Of a stretch of DNA of 64,000 nucleotides, positions 38,283 through 47,860 are shown one piece after another. Position numbers and translations under genes: made by a program. The stretch lies in the NCBI GenBank assembly GCA_050010355.1, contig JBEKLE010000007.1:3976-67975 (forward strand), in the 5' to 3' direction. The notes below the pieces were generated by a model. It did no database searches. It was not told where the DNA came from and worked only from the letters and a program-made list of their open reading frames with translations. Position 1 is the first letter of the stretch. Each line of letters begins with the position of its first letter. Source of the DNA: Rhodopila sp. Its GTDB lineage: Bacteria > Pseudomonadota > Alphaproteobacteria > Acetobacterales > Acetobacteraceae.

Positions 38283-39418
38283 CACACACGCTCCATAATT
38301 GTTGCGATTCCCTGACCGCCACCGATGCACTGGCTCGCCAGGGCGTAGCGTCCGCCAGTGCGGGCAAGCAATGCCGCCGCCTTGCCGGTGATGCGGGCGC
38401 CGGTGGCGCCCAGCGGATGACCCAGTGCTATGGCGCCACCGTCGAGGTTCAGCGTTTCGTCGCGGATCCCCAGTTCCCGGGCGCACGCGAGCGCCTGGCT
38501 GGCGAAGGCTTCGTTCAGTTCCACGACATCGATCGCACCGATCTCGATCCCGGCACGGGCCAGTGCCTTCTTCGTAGCCGCGACCGGGCCGATGCCCATG
38601 ACCTCCGGCGCGCACCCCGCGATAGCGATCGACTTGATCCGGGCGAGCGGCCGCAGACCATGCTTCTCGGCATAGGTCTCGCTGCATACCAGCACGGCTG
38701 CGGCGCCGTCGGTCAGCGGCGACGACGTGCCAGCCGTTACGGTGCCGTTCTTGTCGAACGCCGGCTTGAGCGCGGCGAGCCCCTCCTGCGTCGTGTCGGG
38801 ACGGATACAGCCATCGCGATCGACCGTGCCCCCCTTGCCGGAGATCGGCACGATTTCATCGGCCAGCTTGCCGGCTGCGACAGCGGCCGCGGCACGCTGA
38901 TGGCTGCGCACGGCGAACGTCTCCTGGTCGCCGCGCGGGATCTGCCACTTGCGGGCAACGTTCTCGGCGGTTTCACCCATGCCGATATAGGCGGCGGGCA
39001 TGGACTTCATCAGCGCAGGATTGGGCAGCGGATTGTAGCCCATGATCGGCACACGGCTCATGCTCTCGATGCCCGCGCAAATGAACACGTCGCCCGCGCC
39101 CGCGGCGATCTGTCCGACGGCGATATGGATGGCTTGCATCGACGAGCCGCAGAAGCGGTTGACGGTGACACCGCCTACAGAAAGCGGCAGGTCCGCCAGC
39201 AATCCAACCAGGCGGGCCACGTTCAGCCCTTGCTCGCCCTCCGGAAAAGCGCAGCCCATTATAATGTCCTCGATGTCTTCGGGATTGACACCGGTGCGGC
39301 TGATCAAGGCCCGAACGACCTGCGCCGCCAGGTCATCGGGACGCACCCGCGCGAGGCCGCCTTTGCTGGCGAAATGAAAGGGCGAGCGTGCGTAGCCCGC
39401 GATCACCGCGTTGGGCAT
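38282..39418 (-). CDS. Acetyl-CoA C-acyltransferase (thiolase)
   Basis: NRFCGSS, NEAFA, GAIALGHPLGATG, CIGGGQG. Confidence 0.95.
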   Translation of the reverse strand: MPNAVIAGYARSPFHFASKGGLARVRPDDLAAQVVRALISRTGVNPEDIEDIIMGCAFPEGEQGLNVARLVGLLADLPLSVGGVTVNRFCGSSMQAIHIAVGQIAAGAGDVFICAGIESMSRVPIMGYNPLPNPALMKSMPAAYIGMGETAENVARKWQIPRGDQETFAVRSHQRAAAAVAAGKLADEIVPISGKGGTVDRDGCIRPDTTQEGLAALKPAFDKNGTVTAGTSSPLTDGAAAVLVCSETYAEKHGLRPLARIKSIAIAGCAPEVMGIGPVAATKKALARAGIEIGAIDVVELNEAFASQALACARELGIRDETLNLDGGAIALGHPLGATGARITGKAAALLARTGGRYALASQCIGGGQGIATIMERV

Positions 39419-39433
39419 GTTTTCTCCTTTGTT

Positions 39434-39844
39434 TCAACCGCTGGCAGCGCGTTTGGCACGCGGAGCGGGTATTTTCAGGGCGGCCTCGGTCTGGGCCGTA
39501 ATGTCGGAAAGTTCGGACAGGGCGTCGTCGATCGCCTGACGCTGCGCCAGAAGCTGGTCGCGGCGCCTGGCGATCCCCGCAAGCAATACCGGAAGCTGCG
39601 AGTGCTGCGTTACGTCGGTGTCGTAAAGGTTGAGATATTCCTTGATGGCACTCAATGAAAAACCGAGCCGCTTGCCGCGCAGAATAAGAATCATCCGCGC
39701 TCGGTCGCGGGCGGAATAAACGCGGGTCGTTCCGGCACGCTGCGGCGTGATCAGGCCTTTGTCCTCGTAGAAGCGTATGGCGCGCGCAGTCATGTCAAGC
39801 TCCTTGGCCAGTTCTGTCACCGTGTAGAGCCGCCCTCGTGCCAT
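39434..39844 (-). CDS. MerR-family regulator, LiuR-like
   Basis: YTVTELAKELDMTARAIRFYEDKGLITPQRAGTTRVYSARDRARMILILRGKRLGFSL. Confidence 0.9.
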   Translation of the reverse strand: MARGRLYTVTELAKELDMTARAIRFYEDKGLITPQRAGTTRVYSARDRARMILILRGKRLGFSLSAIKEYLNLYDTDVTQHSQLPVLLAGIARRRDQLLAQRQAIDDALSELSDITAQTEAALKIPAPRAKRAASG

Positions 39845-39863
39845 TTGCCCTCTGATACAGGCC

Positions 39864-39880
39864 GTTAAACTTACGCCAAC
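39864..39880 (-). promoter_or_regulatory. Candidate LiuR-type operator upstream of the MerR gene
   Basis: Minus strand GTTGGCGTAAGTTTAAC resembles the TTGACGT..ACGT.AA type box and the site at 42889. Confidence 0.4.
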
Positions 39881-39889
39881 CAACGCACG

Positions 39890-41521
39890 TTATCTTTGAT
39901 CCAGCGCAACCGCCTCCGCGATCAGTTCCTTGCGGGACAGCTTTCCAACCATGGTCTTCGGCAGGCTGGTCCGGATTTCCACCCGCACGGGAAGTTCGAT
40001 CGCGGAAACGCGGGTGCGAAGGAAATCCCGCAGTTCGTCACCGGTTCTGAATTCACCGGCGCGCAGCGTAACGAAGGCGAGCGGTGCCTGGCCACGATAG
40101 GAGTCGGGGATGCCAATGACGATCGCCTCTGCCACCGCCGGATGTTCGTACAGCGCATCCTCGATCATCCGCGGATAGACGTTGAAACCGCCGCAAATGA
40201 TCAGGTCCTTGATCCGGTCGGTGATGTACAGATACCCATCGGCGTCCAGGTAGCCCGCATCGCCGGTTCTCAGCGCGCCATCAATGAAGACAGCCTGGGT
40301 CTCCGCCTCGCGGTTCAGATATCCCTTCATCACCTGAGGTCCCCGCACGCAGATTTCCCCGCGCTCACCCGGCGGCAGGATGCGAGTGATATCATCCAGC
40401 GCCCGGATCTCCACGACCGTGTCCTGCATCATCGTCCCGACCGAATCCGCTCGGACCTCCCCGTCTGGCGGGTTGGCCGACACCGCGGGGGACGTCTCGG
40501 TCAGACCATAACCCTCGTAGATCCGGCACCCCGTCACTTTCTCGAACCGTTCGCGGATCTCCGCCGGCAGCGGGGCCGCGCCGGAGACGCAAAGCCGCAG
40601 GCTCGAGATATTGACAGGGTTCTTCTCGGCCGCGGTGGCGATCGCGCTGTAGATCGTCGGCACGGCGTGCATCATCGTCGGCTTGTCGCGAACCAGCGAC
40701 GCCATCATGGCATCGATCTCGAACCGGGGATGCAGGATCAGTTCGCCGCCGAGACCGATTCCGCCGTTCATCACCGCCGTCATGGCGAACACGTGATAAA
40801 AAGGCAAAACGCACATCAGCTTTTCGTAGCCTGGCCGCAGGCTGGACATGTGGTGAGTGGTCTGCTGCGCGTTGATCGAAACATTGGCGTGCGTCAGAAT
40901 GGCGCCCTTCGGCCAGCCGGTCGTTCCGCCGGTGTATTGCAGCACCGCGACGTCGGACGGGTCTATATGAACCGGCGTGGGTGGCGCACCCCGGGCCATG
41001 ATCGCGCGATACGGAATCAGGCGCGCGCCATAAACCGGACGAGAAACCATTTTGCGTTTCAGGATTGCAAATGCGATGCGCCTGGCTGTCGGAAGCATGT
41101 CCGCGAACGGGCACACGATGATTCGTTCCAGCTTCTTTATATCCACGACATTCTCGTAAATCGTGGTGATATCGGGCACCACCATCGTCGTCGTGCCCGA
41201 GTCCTCGATCTGGCGGCGCAGTTCGCGCGCGACATACAGCGGGTTGTAGGTGACCACCACCAGACCGGCCTTCAGTGCCGCGTAATAGAAAATCACGAAA
41301 TAAGGCGTGTTTGGCAGGCACAGGCCGACTCTGTCACCCGGACGGAGGCCGAGGCGCTGCAGCCCGGCGGTGGCGCGATCGACCAGCGCGGCGAGCCGGG
41401 AATAGGTCCAGCGCCGCCCCTGAAAAGACATCGCCGGCCGGTTACCAAACGCCGCGGTCGAACGGTCCAGAAGGGTCGGAACTGCCAGCGCCTCCAGCGG
41501 TTTTTGCGACACGGTGTCCAT
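39890..41521 (-). CDS. fadD: Long-chain-fatty-acid--CoA ligase
   Basis: LQYTGGTTGWPKGA, IYEGYGLTE, LRTGDAG, DRIKDLII. Confidence 0.9.
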   Translation of the reverse strand: MDTVSQKPLEALAVPTLLDRSTAAFGNRPAMSFQGRRWTYSRLAALVDRATAGLQRLGLRPGDRVGLCLPNTPYFVIFYYAALKAGLVVVTYNPLYVARELRRQIEDSGTTTMVVPDITTIYENVVDIKKLERIIVCPFADMLPTARRIAFAILKRKMVSRPVYGARLIPYRAIMARGAPPTPVHIDPSDVAVLQYTGGTTGWPKGAILTHANVSINAQQTTHHMSSLRPGYEKLMCVLPFYHVFAMTAVMNGGIGLGGELILHPRFEIDAMMASLVRDKPTMMHAVPTIYSAIATAAEKNPVNISSLRLCVSGAAPLPAEIRERFEKVTGCRIYEGYGLTETSPAVSANPPDGEVRADSVGTMMQDTVVEIRALDDITRILPPGERGEICVRGPQVMKGYLNREAETQAVFIDGALRTGDAGYLDADGYLYITDRIKDLIICGGFNVYPRMIEDALYEHPAVAEAIVIGIPDSYRGQAPLAFVTLRAGEFRTGDELRDFLRTRVSAIELPVRVEIRTSLPKTMVGKLSRKELIAEAVALDQR

Positions 41522-41540
41522 TGTGTCCCCTTGTTTGGAC

Positions 41541-42821
41541 TCAGAAGCGGTATTTCACACCCAGGCTGGCCGTGTTGGCCGCGTCGGTATACTTGCCCAC
41601 CAGAACGCCTGAGGTCGTCGAAGATGTGCGAGTACGCCGCCTGCAGCGTCAGGTTCGGCAGCACCTGATACTGTGCGCCGATGCTGATCAGGTAGCGGTT
41701 GCTGTCAGGGATGCGGGACGTGCGGTTCTGATACGTCACCGGGCTTTCGTCGAACCCGATACCGCACTGGAGCATCAGTTGTTGTGTCAGGTTGTAATTT
41801 GCGCCGACAGAAACGGCGACGGTGTTGCGCCAGTTCTCGACGATGGTCGAGGGCGCCGCGAACGGCGACGCCGGCACGATGTTGATCGCCTTGAGCAACG
41901 ACCAGTCGGTCCAGCTTATATCGGCCAGAACCGCGAGTTGCGATGCCAGTAGAAGCCGCCCGTGACGCTGTCGGGCAGGGTGATCTTGGTGCCGGCGGGC
42001 GAGTTCTGGGCATTGAGAACAGCCGCCGTGGCGGGGGACAGCAGGCCGAGCAGCGGCGGCACATAGATCGACTGCGTGCCGGAAATGTTGTGCTGAATGC
42101 GGCTGCGGTAGTCGAGCCCAAACCGCAGGTCCGGTGTCGCCTGGTACAGCACCCCGAGGTTGAAGCCGGCGCTGGTATCGGACCCGTTCAGGTCGGCGTC
42201 CGGATCGCCGGTAACCGCTGAAGCGGCGCCGATGTTCAGCGCCTGCGTCAGGCGCGCACTGAAGAAGTCGATGACGGGGCCGCCGCCAATCGACCATTGC
42301 TCGTTGATCTTGTAAGCGCCCGAAATGGTGACCTGTTCGTCGCTGATGGAGGACACAAGGCTTTGATAGCGGCCGACGAAGGTCCCAGGGTTACTCACGC
42401 GCTGGCCGAAGGGCGCGTCGGCGCCAAGGCCCAACTTGAAGTCGGGGGTGACGCTCCATAAAGCATAAACACCGCCGGTGGCAGCGGATTGGATCAGATT
42501 CCCGCCCGTGGTTCCCGGCGTGGTCGCACCAGGGCCGACAAGGTTGGCACCGGAGAAATTGATGCTGGGAAAGATGCCGTTGACGGAGCCGTCGATCTCG
42601 TTCTGGTCCAGCCTCACCATGCCGGCAGGGTTCGACCAGACCGTGGCGGCGTCGTAGGCCTTCGCAGTGTCGCCGGCAAAGGCATTGGCCATCCAGTCAG
42701 CACTTCCTTCGCGCAGTTCGAAGCCCGAGGCGTGCGCCTTGCCGGCCGCTCCCATCGCACACGCCGCCATGACGCCGAGCGCCGCAGAGCGTCGAACGCG
42801 GCGGATTAGCGCTGTTTGCAT
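41541..42821 (-). pseudogene. fadL: FadL/OmpP1 long-chain fatty acid outer-membrane transporter with two frameshifting lesions
   Basis: Signal ending AHA-SGF, NPAGM; frame breaks near 41942 (GGFYW / QLAVLADISWTDWS) and near 41620 (YSHIF / STTSGVLVGKY...GVKYRF*). Confidence 0.85.
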
Positions 42822-42888
42822 CTGGTATTTCCCCCCCTCGGTGCGCGTTGGTCATTTCGGCCAGTGCCGTTGACCTATCAGTATTCTA

Positions 42889-42905
42889 GTTGACGTAAGC
42901 GAGAA
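42889..42905. promoter_or_regulatory. Candidate LiuR-type operator upstream of fadL
   Basis: GTTGACGTAAGCGAGAA, about 70 bp upstream of the fadL start. Confidence 0.4.
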
Positions 42906-42987
42906 GCAGAATGCTCGACGCTTGGCCGGAATGCAAGGCGGTCCAGGTTTCACGTCCGTCAGCCCTGCCTGTGGATGCGGGCCAGCT

Positions 42988-43461
42988 TCACCGAATGGTG
43001 ATGACCGGCTCGTAATCAACCGGAAAGTTCACCGAATTGGCGATGAAGCAGAACTCATGGGCGTCCCGATGCAGATCGGTTGCTTTCGCGATGTCCCCTC
43101 CCGATTGAATGATGATCCTCGGATGCAGCACGACACTCACGAAACGGCCGGCGCCGTTCGGATCTTCCATCATCGTGGCCTCGGCGTCGTCGCGATAGCT
43201 GAGGACCGAAATGCCCGCCTCGGCGCACAGGCTAAGATACCACAACTGATGACAGGCGGAGATCGAGCCCAGCAGGAGATCTTCCGGGTTCCATCGCGCC
43301 GGATCGCCGCGAAAGGCAGGATCGGAGGACCCGGCGATCGGCGGTTTCGCGCCGGCCGAAATGGTGTGGTCGCGGCCGTAGCCGGCATGGCTGGCCGTGC
43401 CGGCGCCACGGTTGCCCGTCCATTGGACGGTGACACGATACGTGTGCCGCTTGCTGGCCAT
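42988..43461 (-). CDS. OsmC-family protein
   Basis: WTGNRGAGT, FRGDPARWNPEDLLLGSISACHQLWYLSLC, AHEFCFIANSV. Confidence 0.9.
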   Translation of the reverse strand: MASKRHTYRVTVQWTGNRGAGTASHAGYGRDHTISAGAKPPIAGSSDPAFRGDPARWNPEDLLLGSISACHQLWYLSLCAEAGISVLSYRDDAEATMMEDPNGAGRFVSVVLHPRIIIQSGGDIAKATDLHRDAHEFCFIANSVNFPVDYEPVITIR

Positions 43462-43579
43462 TTTCGCCTCGCCCGGTTTTGTCAGCCGCCCAACTTGATC
43501 GATGCCCCAACTTGATCGACCCCATCGAAACTTTTCTTCGATCCTCCCGTTGTCTGCGATCATTTGGCAGGAGGTCAAG

Positions 43580-43768
43580 ATGCCCGCAAAATCGCAGGCT
43601 CAACAGAAAGCCGCCGGCGCGGCCCTGTCCGCTAAACGCGGCGAGCAGAAAGTCAGCGACCTGAAAGGCGCGTCGCGCTCGATGGAGCGATCCATGACCG
43701 AGGAGGCGTTGGACGAAATGGCCTCCACCAAGCGGAAGGGAAAGCCGGAGGCCGCCGCCAAGGACTGA
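43580..43768 (+). CDS. DUF3008 family small protein
   Basis: MPAKSQAQQKAAGAALSAKRG...LKGASRSM..SMTE..LDEMASTKRKGKPE; GGAGG RBS. Confidence 0.85.
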   Translation: MPAKSQAQQKAAGAALSAKRGEQKVSDLKGASRSMERSMTEEALDEMASTKRKGKPEAAAKD

Positions 43769-44074
43769 TCCATTTCATCGCCCCAGCGATGGTATCGAGT
43801 TGATGGCCTCCAGTTGATGGACGAGTGCGCAGACCCACGGCGGAACGACAACCGGCCAAAAGGTGGTGCCGGCCGATCGCGGCGGCGCAAATCAGCGGAC
43901 CGGATTCAGGATTTTTTTCGCCGAGAGGTTGTCAGGTCATCGTAACAGGTAGAGTGTCGACACAGGTCCCGGTGTCCGAGACTGCCAAAAAAGAGACTTC
44001 ACGTGATTGTTTTTTGCTGATTGATATCTAATGCGGTATTGATATTATACGCCCATTGATACTAGGAAACAGTC

Positions 44075-44776
44075 ATGTCGGCTTTGCGACCCATTCTAAT
44101 CGTTGAGGATGATGACGCGCTGCGTCATGTTTTGGCCGAACAGGTCGCATCCAGCGGTATTTTCCAGTCGATCGAGGCCGCCTCGCTGGATGAAGCCAGC
44201 CAGTACCTCGGCGCGCCCGAGGCGCGGTTCGATTCGATCATTCTCGACCTCAATCTGCCCGATGGTGATGGACGCGATTTCTGTGCCCGGATCCGTAAGC
44301 AGGGGCATACAATGCCGATCATCATGCTGACCGGCGCCGCCGAAGAAGGCGATGTCGTGAGCGGCCTGAATTCCGGCGCGAACGACTATATCGCCAAGCC
44401 GTTTCGCGTGAATGAACTCCTCGCCCGCTTGCAGGCCCAACTCCGGCTGTTCGACATCTGCGAGGACGCCGTCTTCACCATCGGGCGCTACACATTTCGT
44501 CCGGCCGCAAAACTGTTGCTCGGTCCTGACAAAAAGCGCCTTCGTCTGACCGCGAAGGAAGTCGATATCCTGAAGTTCCTATATCGCAACCCCAACCGCG
44601 TGGTGACGCGGCAGGTGCTGCTGGACGAGGTTTGGGGCTACAATGCCAGTGTAACGACCCATACGCTCGAGACGCACATCTACCGCCTGCGCCAGAAGAT
44701 CGAGGTCGATCCGGCCAACTGTCGCATGCTGCTGACCGCGCCGGGCGGCTACCGGCTCGATCTGACCGCCAACTGA
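44075..44776 (+). CDS. OmpR-family response regulator (no adjacent kinase)
   Basis: IVEDDD, ILDLNLPDGDG, DYIAKPF, winged helix TLETHIYRLRQKIE..GGYRL. Confidence 0.92.
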   Translation: MSALRPILIVEDDDALRHVLAEQVASSGIFQSIEAASLDEASQYLGAPEARFDSIILDLNLPDGDGRDFCARIRKQGHTMPIIMLTGAAEEGDVVSGLNSGANDYIAKPFRVNELLARLQAQLRLFDICEDAVFTIGRYTFRPAAKLLLGPDKKRLRLTAKEVDILKFLYRNPNRVVTRQVLLDEVWGYNASVTTHTLETHIYRLRQKIEVDPANCRMLLTAPGGYRLDLTAN

Positions 44777-44778
44777 AA

Positions 44779-45566
44779 TCACGGCCGCGCCGATATCAGC
44801 CAGATCGAACCAGTCAGGTTGATGCCGGTCGGGCCGTCGAGGATTCTCGGCGCCTCCGCGACCGCCTCCCGGGCGCGTGCCCACACCTCGGGGCCTTCGT
44901 CAGCCAGGATGCGTGCCGGCGCGCCCACACGGGTCGCGAAGTCGGTTGCCTGTTCGAGCTGCCCCCCTGCGGCGAACTGCATCGGCACGTCGTGCCTGGT
45001 GAGCGCCACATCGTGCCAGCCGGCACTGGCGAGAAAACCACGCGTCCGGTCCGGGTCAGCGAACGCGAAGGGACCAGGGGCGTCCGGGGACGCCACGCAG
45101 CGCAAAGCAGACGGCCACCGGGCCGCACCGCACGGTGCAGGTTAGCGAATGCGGCAACCGGGTCCGCGAAAAACATGACGCCAAAGCGGGAGAACAGCAG
45201 ATCGACCCCGGCCCCTGCGAAGTCATGCGTGGCGGCGTCGGATACCATGATCTGGACGTTGGTCAGCCCTGAAGCGGCGATCCGCTCACGCGCGCGCGCC
45301 GCCATGGGGTTTGAAACGTCCAGGCCCAGAACCTGACCGCTCGGGCCGACGCGGTCCGCCAGCGCCAGCACGGTGGCGCCGCAGCCGCACCCGACGTCGA
45401 TCGCATGTTCACCCTTTGCCGGCCCCGCGGCGTCCAGCGCCAGCGCGGTAAGAGGCTCGAACAACACGTCGAGCCGCTCCTGGAATGCCGTCCAGGTGAC
45501 GGCCGCCCGATCGTTCCAGTATGCGATCTGAGCCGAATTATCCTGCTCGTCGGGTAAGCCGGACAT
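44779..45566 (-). pseudogene. Class I SAM-dependent methyltransferase with an internal frameshifting deletion
   Basis: IDVGCGCG, SRFGVMFFADP, RPGGRLLCAAWRP, then jumps at ~45087 to PDAPGPFAFADP in another frame. Confidence 0.8.
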
Positions 45567-45679
45567 GACATGCCTCCAGGCAGAGCGGTCGGATCGTGCG
45601 GCGCGTGATCGTCCCGTCACGTATGGCACAGGCCCGCGATAGGCGCTATTTATGGAGCAACCGTGGAAAGGGGAAAGCC

Positions 45680-45919
45680 ATGCCGAAGCTCCACTACCGG
45701 GTTGTCCAGCACGACGGCGGCTGGGCGTACCGACTGGGAGACGTGTTCTCGGAGCCGTTTCGCGACAAGGCGGCGGCGTTGGCCGCGGCACGGCGGGTGG
45801 CGGCAGAACAGCGCGTGCCCGGCGACACGACGCGCATCGAATTCCAGGATGCGGCCGGTAAGTGGCACACGGAATTGTCCGAGGGCGCTGACCGGCCCGA
45901 TGCCGATGTGGTGCCCTGA
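45680..45919 (+). CDS. DUF2188-like small protein
   Basis: YRVVQHDGGWAYRLGDVFSEPF..AAARRVAAEQ..IEFQDAAGKWHTE. Confidence 0.7.
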   Translation: MPKLHYRVVQHDGGWAYRLGDVFSEPFRDKAAALAAARRVAAEQRVPGDTTRIEFQDAAGKWHTELSEGADRPDADVVP

Positions 45920-46056
45920 TACCAACCCGCGGTGACACCGGCTCTTTCTCGGCACCTGCCCGTCATGCCGGCGACGGTCGGCACCCACGCCTTTTTGCGC
46001 CCGCCATGACGACAATAGGCCGTGCCGTTGGGTCGATCCCGCGGGCGGCTGGCAAT
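45919..46056. repeat. Family A element, copy 3
   Basis: ATACCAACCCGCGGTGACACCG starts on the last base of the upstream TGA; core CGTCATGCCG..GTCGGCACCCACGCCTTT; end GATCCCGCGGGCGGCTGGCAAT. Confidence 0.75.
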
Positions 46057-46129
46057 GACACACAGACCGACGGCCGCCCGCGGTCAAAGCGCGGTCCGTC
46101 CGGGGAACAACCGTTGTGCCACTTGGTCA

Positions 46130-46438
46130 TCAGGAAGGCGTAAGCGGACCAAACGGTCTGACGAAATCAGCCTCATCTTGTGCGTCGATCGCCCGTGGCC
46201 CGACCGGTACCATGCCGTGGACAAGAACGATGTCCGGCTGCCGCTGGTAATCCGGATGCGGCTCCGAATCCGCTTTGGGGTCCGGTGCCGCGCTATCGAA
46301 CGTGGGCGAGGTGACAAGATCTATCAGGACGGCGACCGCAACGTCCCGCCCAATGCCTTTCGCGACCGCTTCGTTAACCAGCGCGGTCAGGCGTGGCAGC
46401 AGGAAGTCGTGGGCGGGCGCGTCGCGGGGCATGGCCAT
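46130..46438 (-). CDS. Hypothetical protein
   Basis: Protein-like 102 aa: LLPRLTALVNEAVAKGIGRDVAVAVLIDLVTSP. Confidence 0.6.
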   Translation of the reverse strand: MAMPRDAPAHDFLLPRLTALVNEAVAKGIGRDVAVAVLIDLVTSPTFDSAAPDPKADSEPHPDYQRQPDIVLVHGMVPVGPRAIDAQDEADFVRPFGPLTPS

Positions 46439-46657
46439 GTTCTCGCAATCGTTGCACGCACAATCTGCACTTTCCGGCACGGCCAGGGAAGCGGTTCGCG
46501 CCGGTGCATCCCGCGGTTCGATCCAGCGTTCAAGGCGGACACCGCTGAGAGTTTGAAAAAGAATGCCCTCCCGAACCGGACTCGACCAGAAAACCTCAAA
46601 GTTAACCGCGGGCTTGCTTTTTCAGATTCGTTTGATTTTCGCGCTCTGAGGACAAAG

Positions 46658-46822
46658 ATGCCGATTCCACCCAGCACGCCGCCCGAAACGCCGCCGCCCG
46701 CCCCGCCGCCGGAACAGGCTCCGGGCGGTCCGCCGGAGGACCCGATCCCGTCACCCGGCATTCCGCCTGACCAGACCCCGCCAAACGCGCCGCCGGGGCC
46801 AATCGTCGCCGCCAGTCAGTAG
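46658..46822 (+). CDS. Small proline-rich protein (54 aa)
   Basis: GAGGA RBS, MPIPPSTPPETPPPAPPPEQAPGGPPEDPIPSPGIPPDQTPPNAPPGPIVAASQ. Confidence 0.5.
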   Translation: MPIPPSTPPETPPPAPPPEQAPGGPPEDPIPSPGIPPDQTPPNAPPGPIVAASQ

Positions 46823-47692
46823 CCCGCGGCTCGGTCCACGACCGCCGTCAACGGATCGCCGTTCAGGAACCGTCGGAGGTTCTCGACGAACAGTTTGGCG
46901 ACGATGCTGTCGCGCTGCGGGTGCGGGCCGCCGATATGCGGCAGCACGAGAATGCCCTCGGTGGTCCAGAACCGGTGTTCCTTCGGCAGCGGTTCCTGGC
47001 GGAACACGTCCAGAACCGCGCCGGCAATCGTCCCGGCCTGCACCGCCGAGATCAGGTCATCATCCTTGACCAGATGACCGCGCCCGAAATTCAGCAGCCA
47101 CGCCCCCGCCTTCATCTGCCCCAGCCGCTCGGCATTGATGAAATTGTCGGTCTCCGGCGTGGCGGGCAGCAGCAGCACGACGAAATCGGATTGCCCCAGA
47201 ACCTCGGCGGTTCGTTCGGTCGGAAAGACCTCCGCCAGCCCCGGCATCGCCGTGGGACGGCGTTTGGTTCCGATCACCCGCATGCCCAGGGCCGAACCAA
47301 GGCGTGCGAGTTCCTGGCCGATGGCGCCCAGGCCGAGAATGCCAAGCGTCGTACCGTTGAGCGGCGTGGCGATGCGGTTGCGCCACAGACTTTGCTTCTG
47401 GTCCTCGGCAATCGCGGCGTAAGGCTTGGTGATGTGGAACAGCGCGCCGAGGATGTTTTCCGGCATAGACTCCCGGTGCGTGCCGCGCGCGCTGGTCAGG
47501 GTCAGGCCGTCCGGAAGGTCGGGCAAAGCGAGCCAGCCCTCGACCCCCGCCGTGAGAGCCTGGGCCCAACGCAGGTTCGGCATGGCCGGCAACAACCCGG
47601 GCGGAACGCCGATCGCGAGCAGCTGCGGAAATGGCGTCGATGTAGGGTTCCGGGGTGTCGGTCCAGAGCAGCAGGCGGGGGATGTTGCGCAT
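46816..47692 (-). pseudogene. D-2-hydroxyacid dehydrogenase with an N-terminal frameshifting deletion
   Basis: MRNIPRLLLWTDTPEPYIDAISAA shifts at ~47620 to LLAIGVPPGLL...; GILGLGAIG, LLNFGRG, LDVFRQEPLP, LPHIGG. Confidence 0.85.
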
Positions 47693-47860
47693 AATGTGGC
47701 TCCTGAGCAGGCATCCCAGTTTAGGACGACAGGAGCAGGGCGCCTATCCGCGGCCGGCATGATGCACAGCAAATCCGCGCATCATGCCGGACCGTTCAGG
47801 CCGCGACCGGGTGAGAGCACCTTTCGCCGGGTTCAGCCTCGGATGGGCCATCGAAGCGGA

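Noticed and set aside
31579-38687. Long N-terminal extensions given by the ORF track (31579, 35792, 38687; also 923, 21738 and 63989)
   Set aside because: Homology-like sequence and RBS begin at downstream ATGs, and the extensions overlap neighbouring genes or repeats
29206-41668. Long plus-strand ORFs such as 29206-30498, 33882-35636, 35874-37643, 38417-39658 and 39896-41668, and similar ones elsewhere (9455-10729, 56785-58008, 62268-63689)
   Set aside because: They are antisense shadows of well-supported genes in high-GC DNA, with no recognisable motifs
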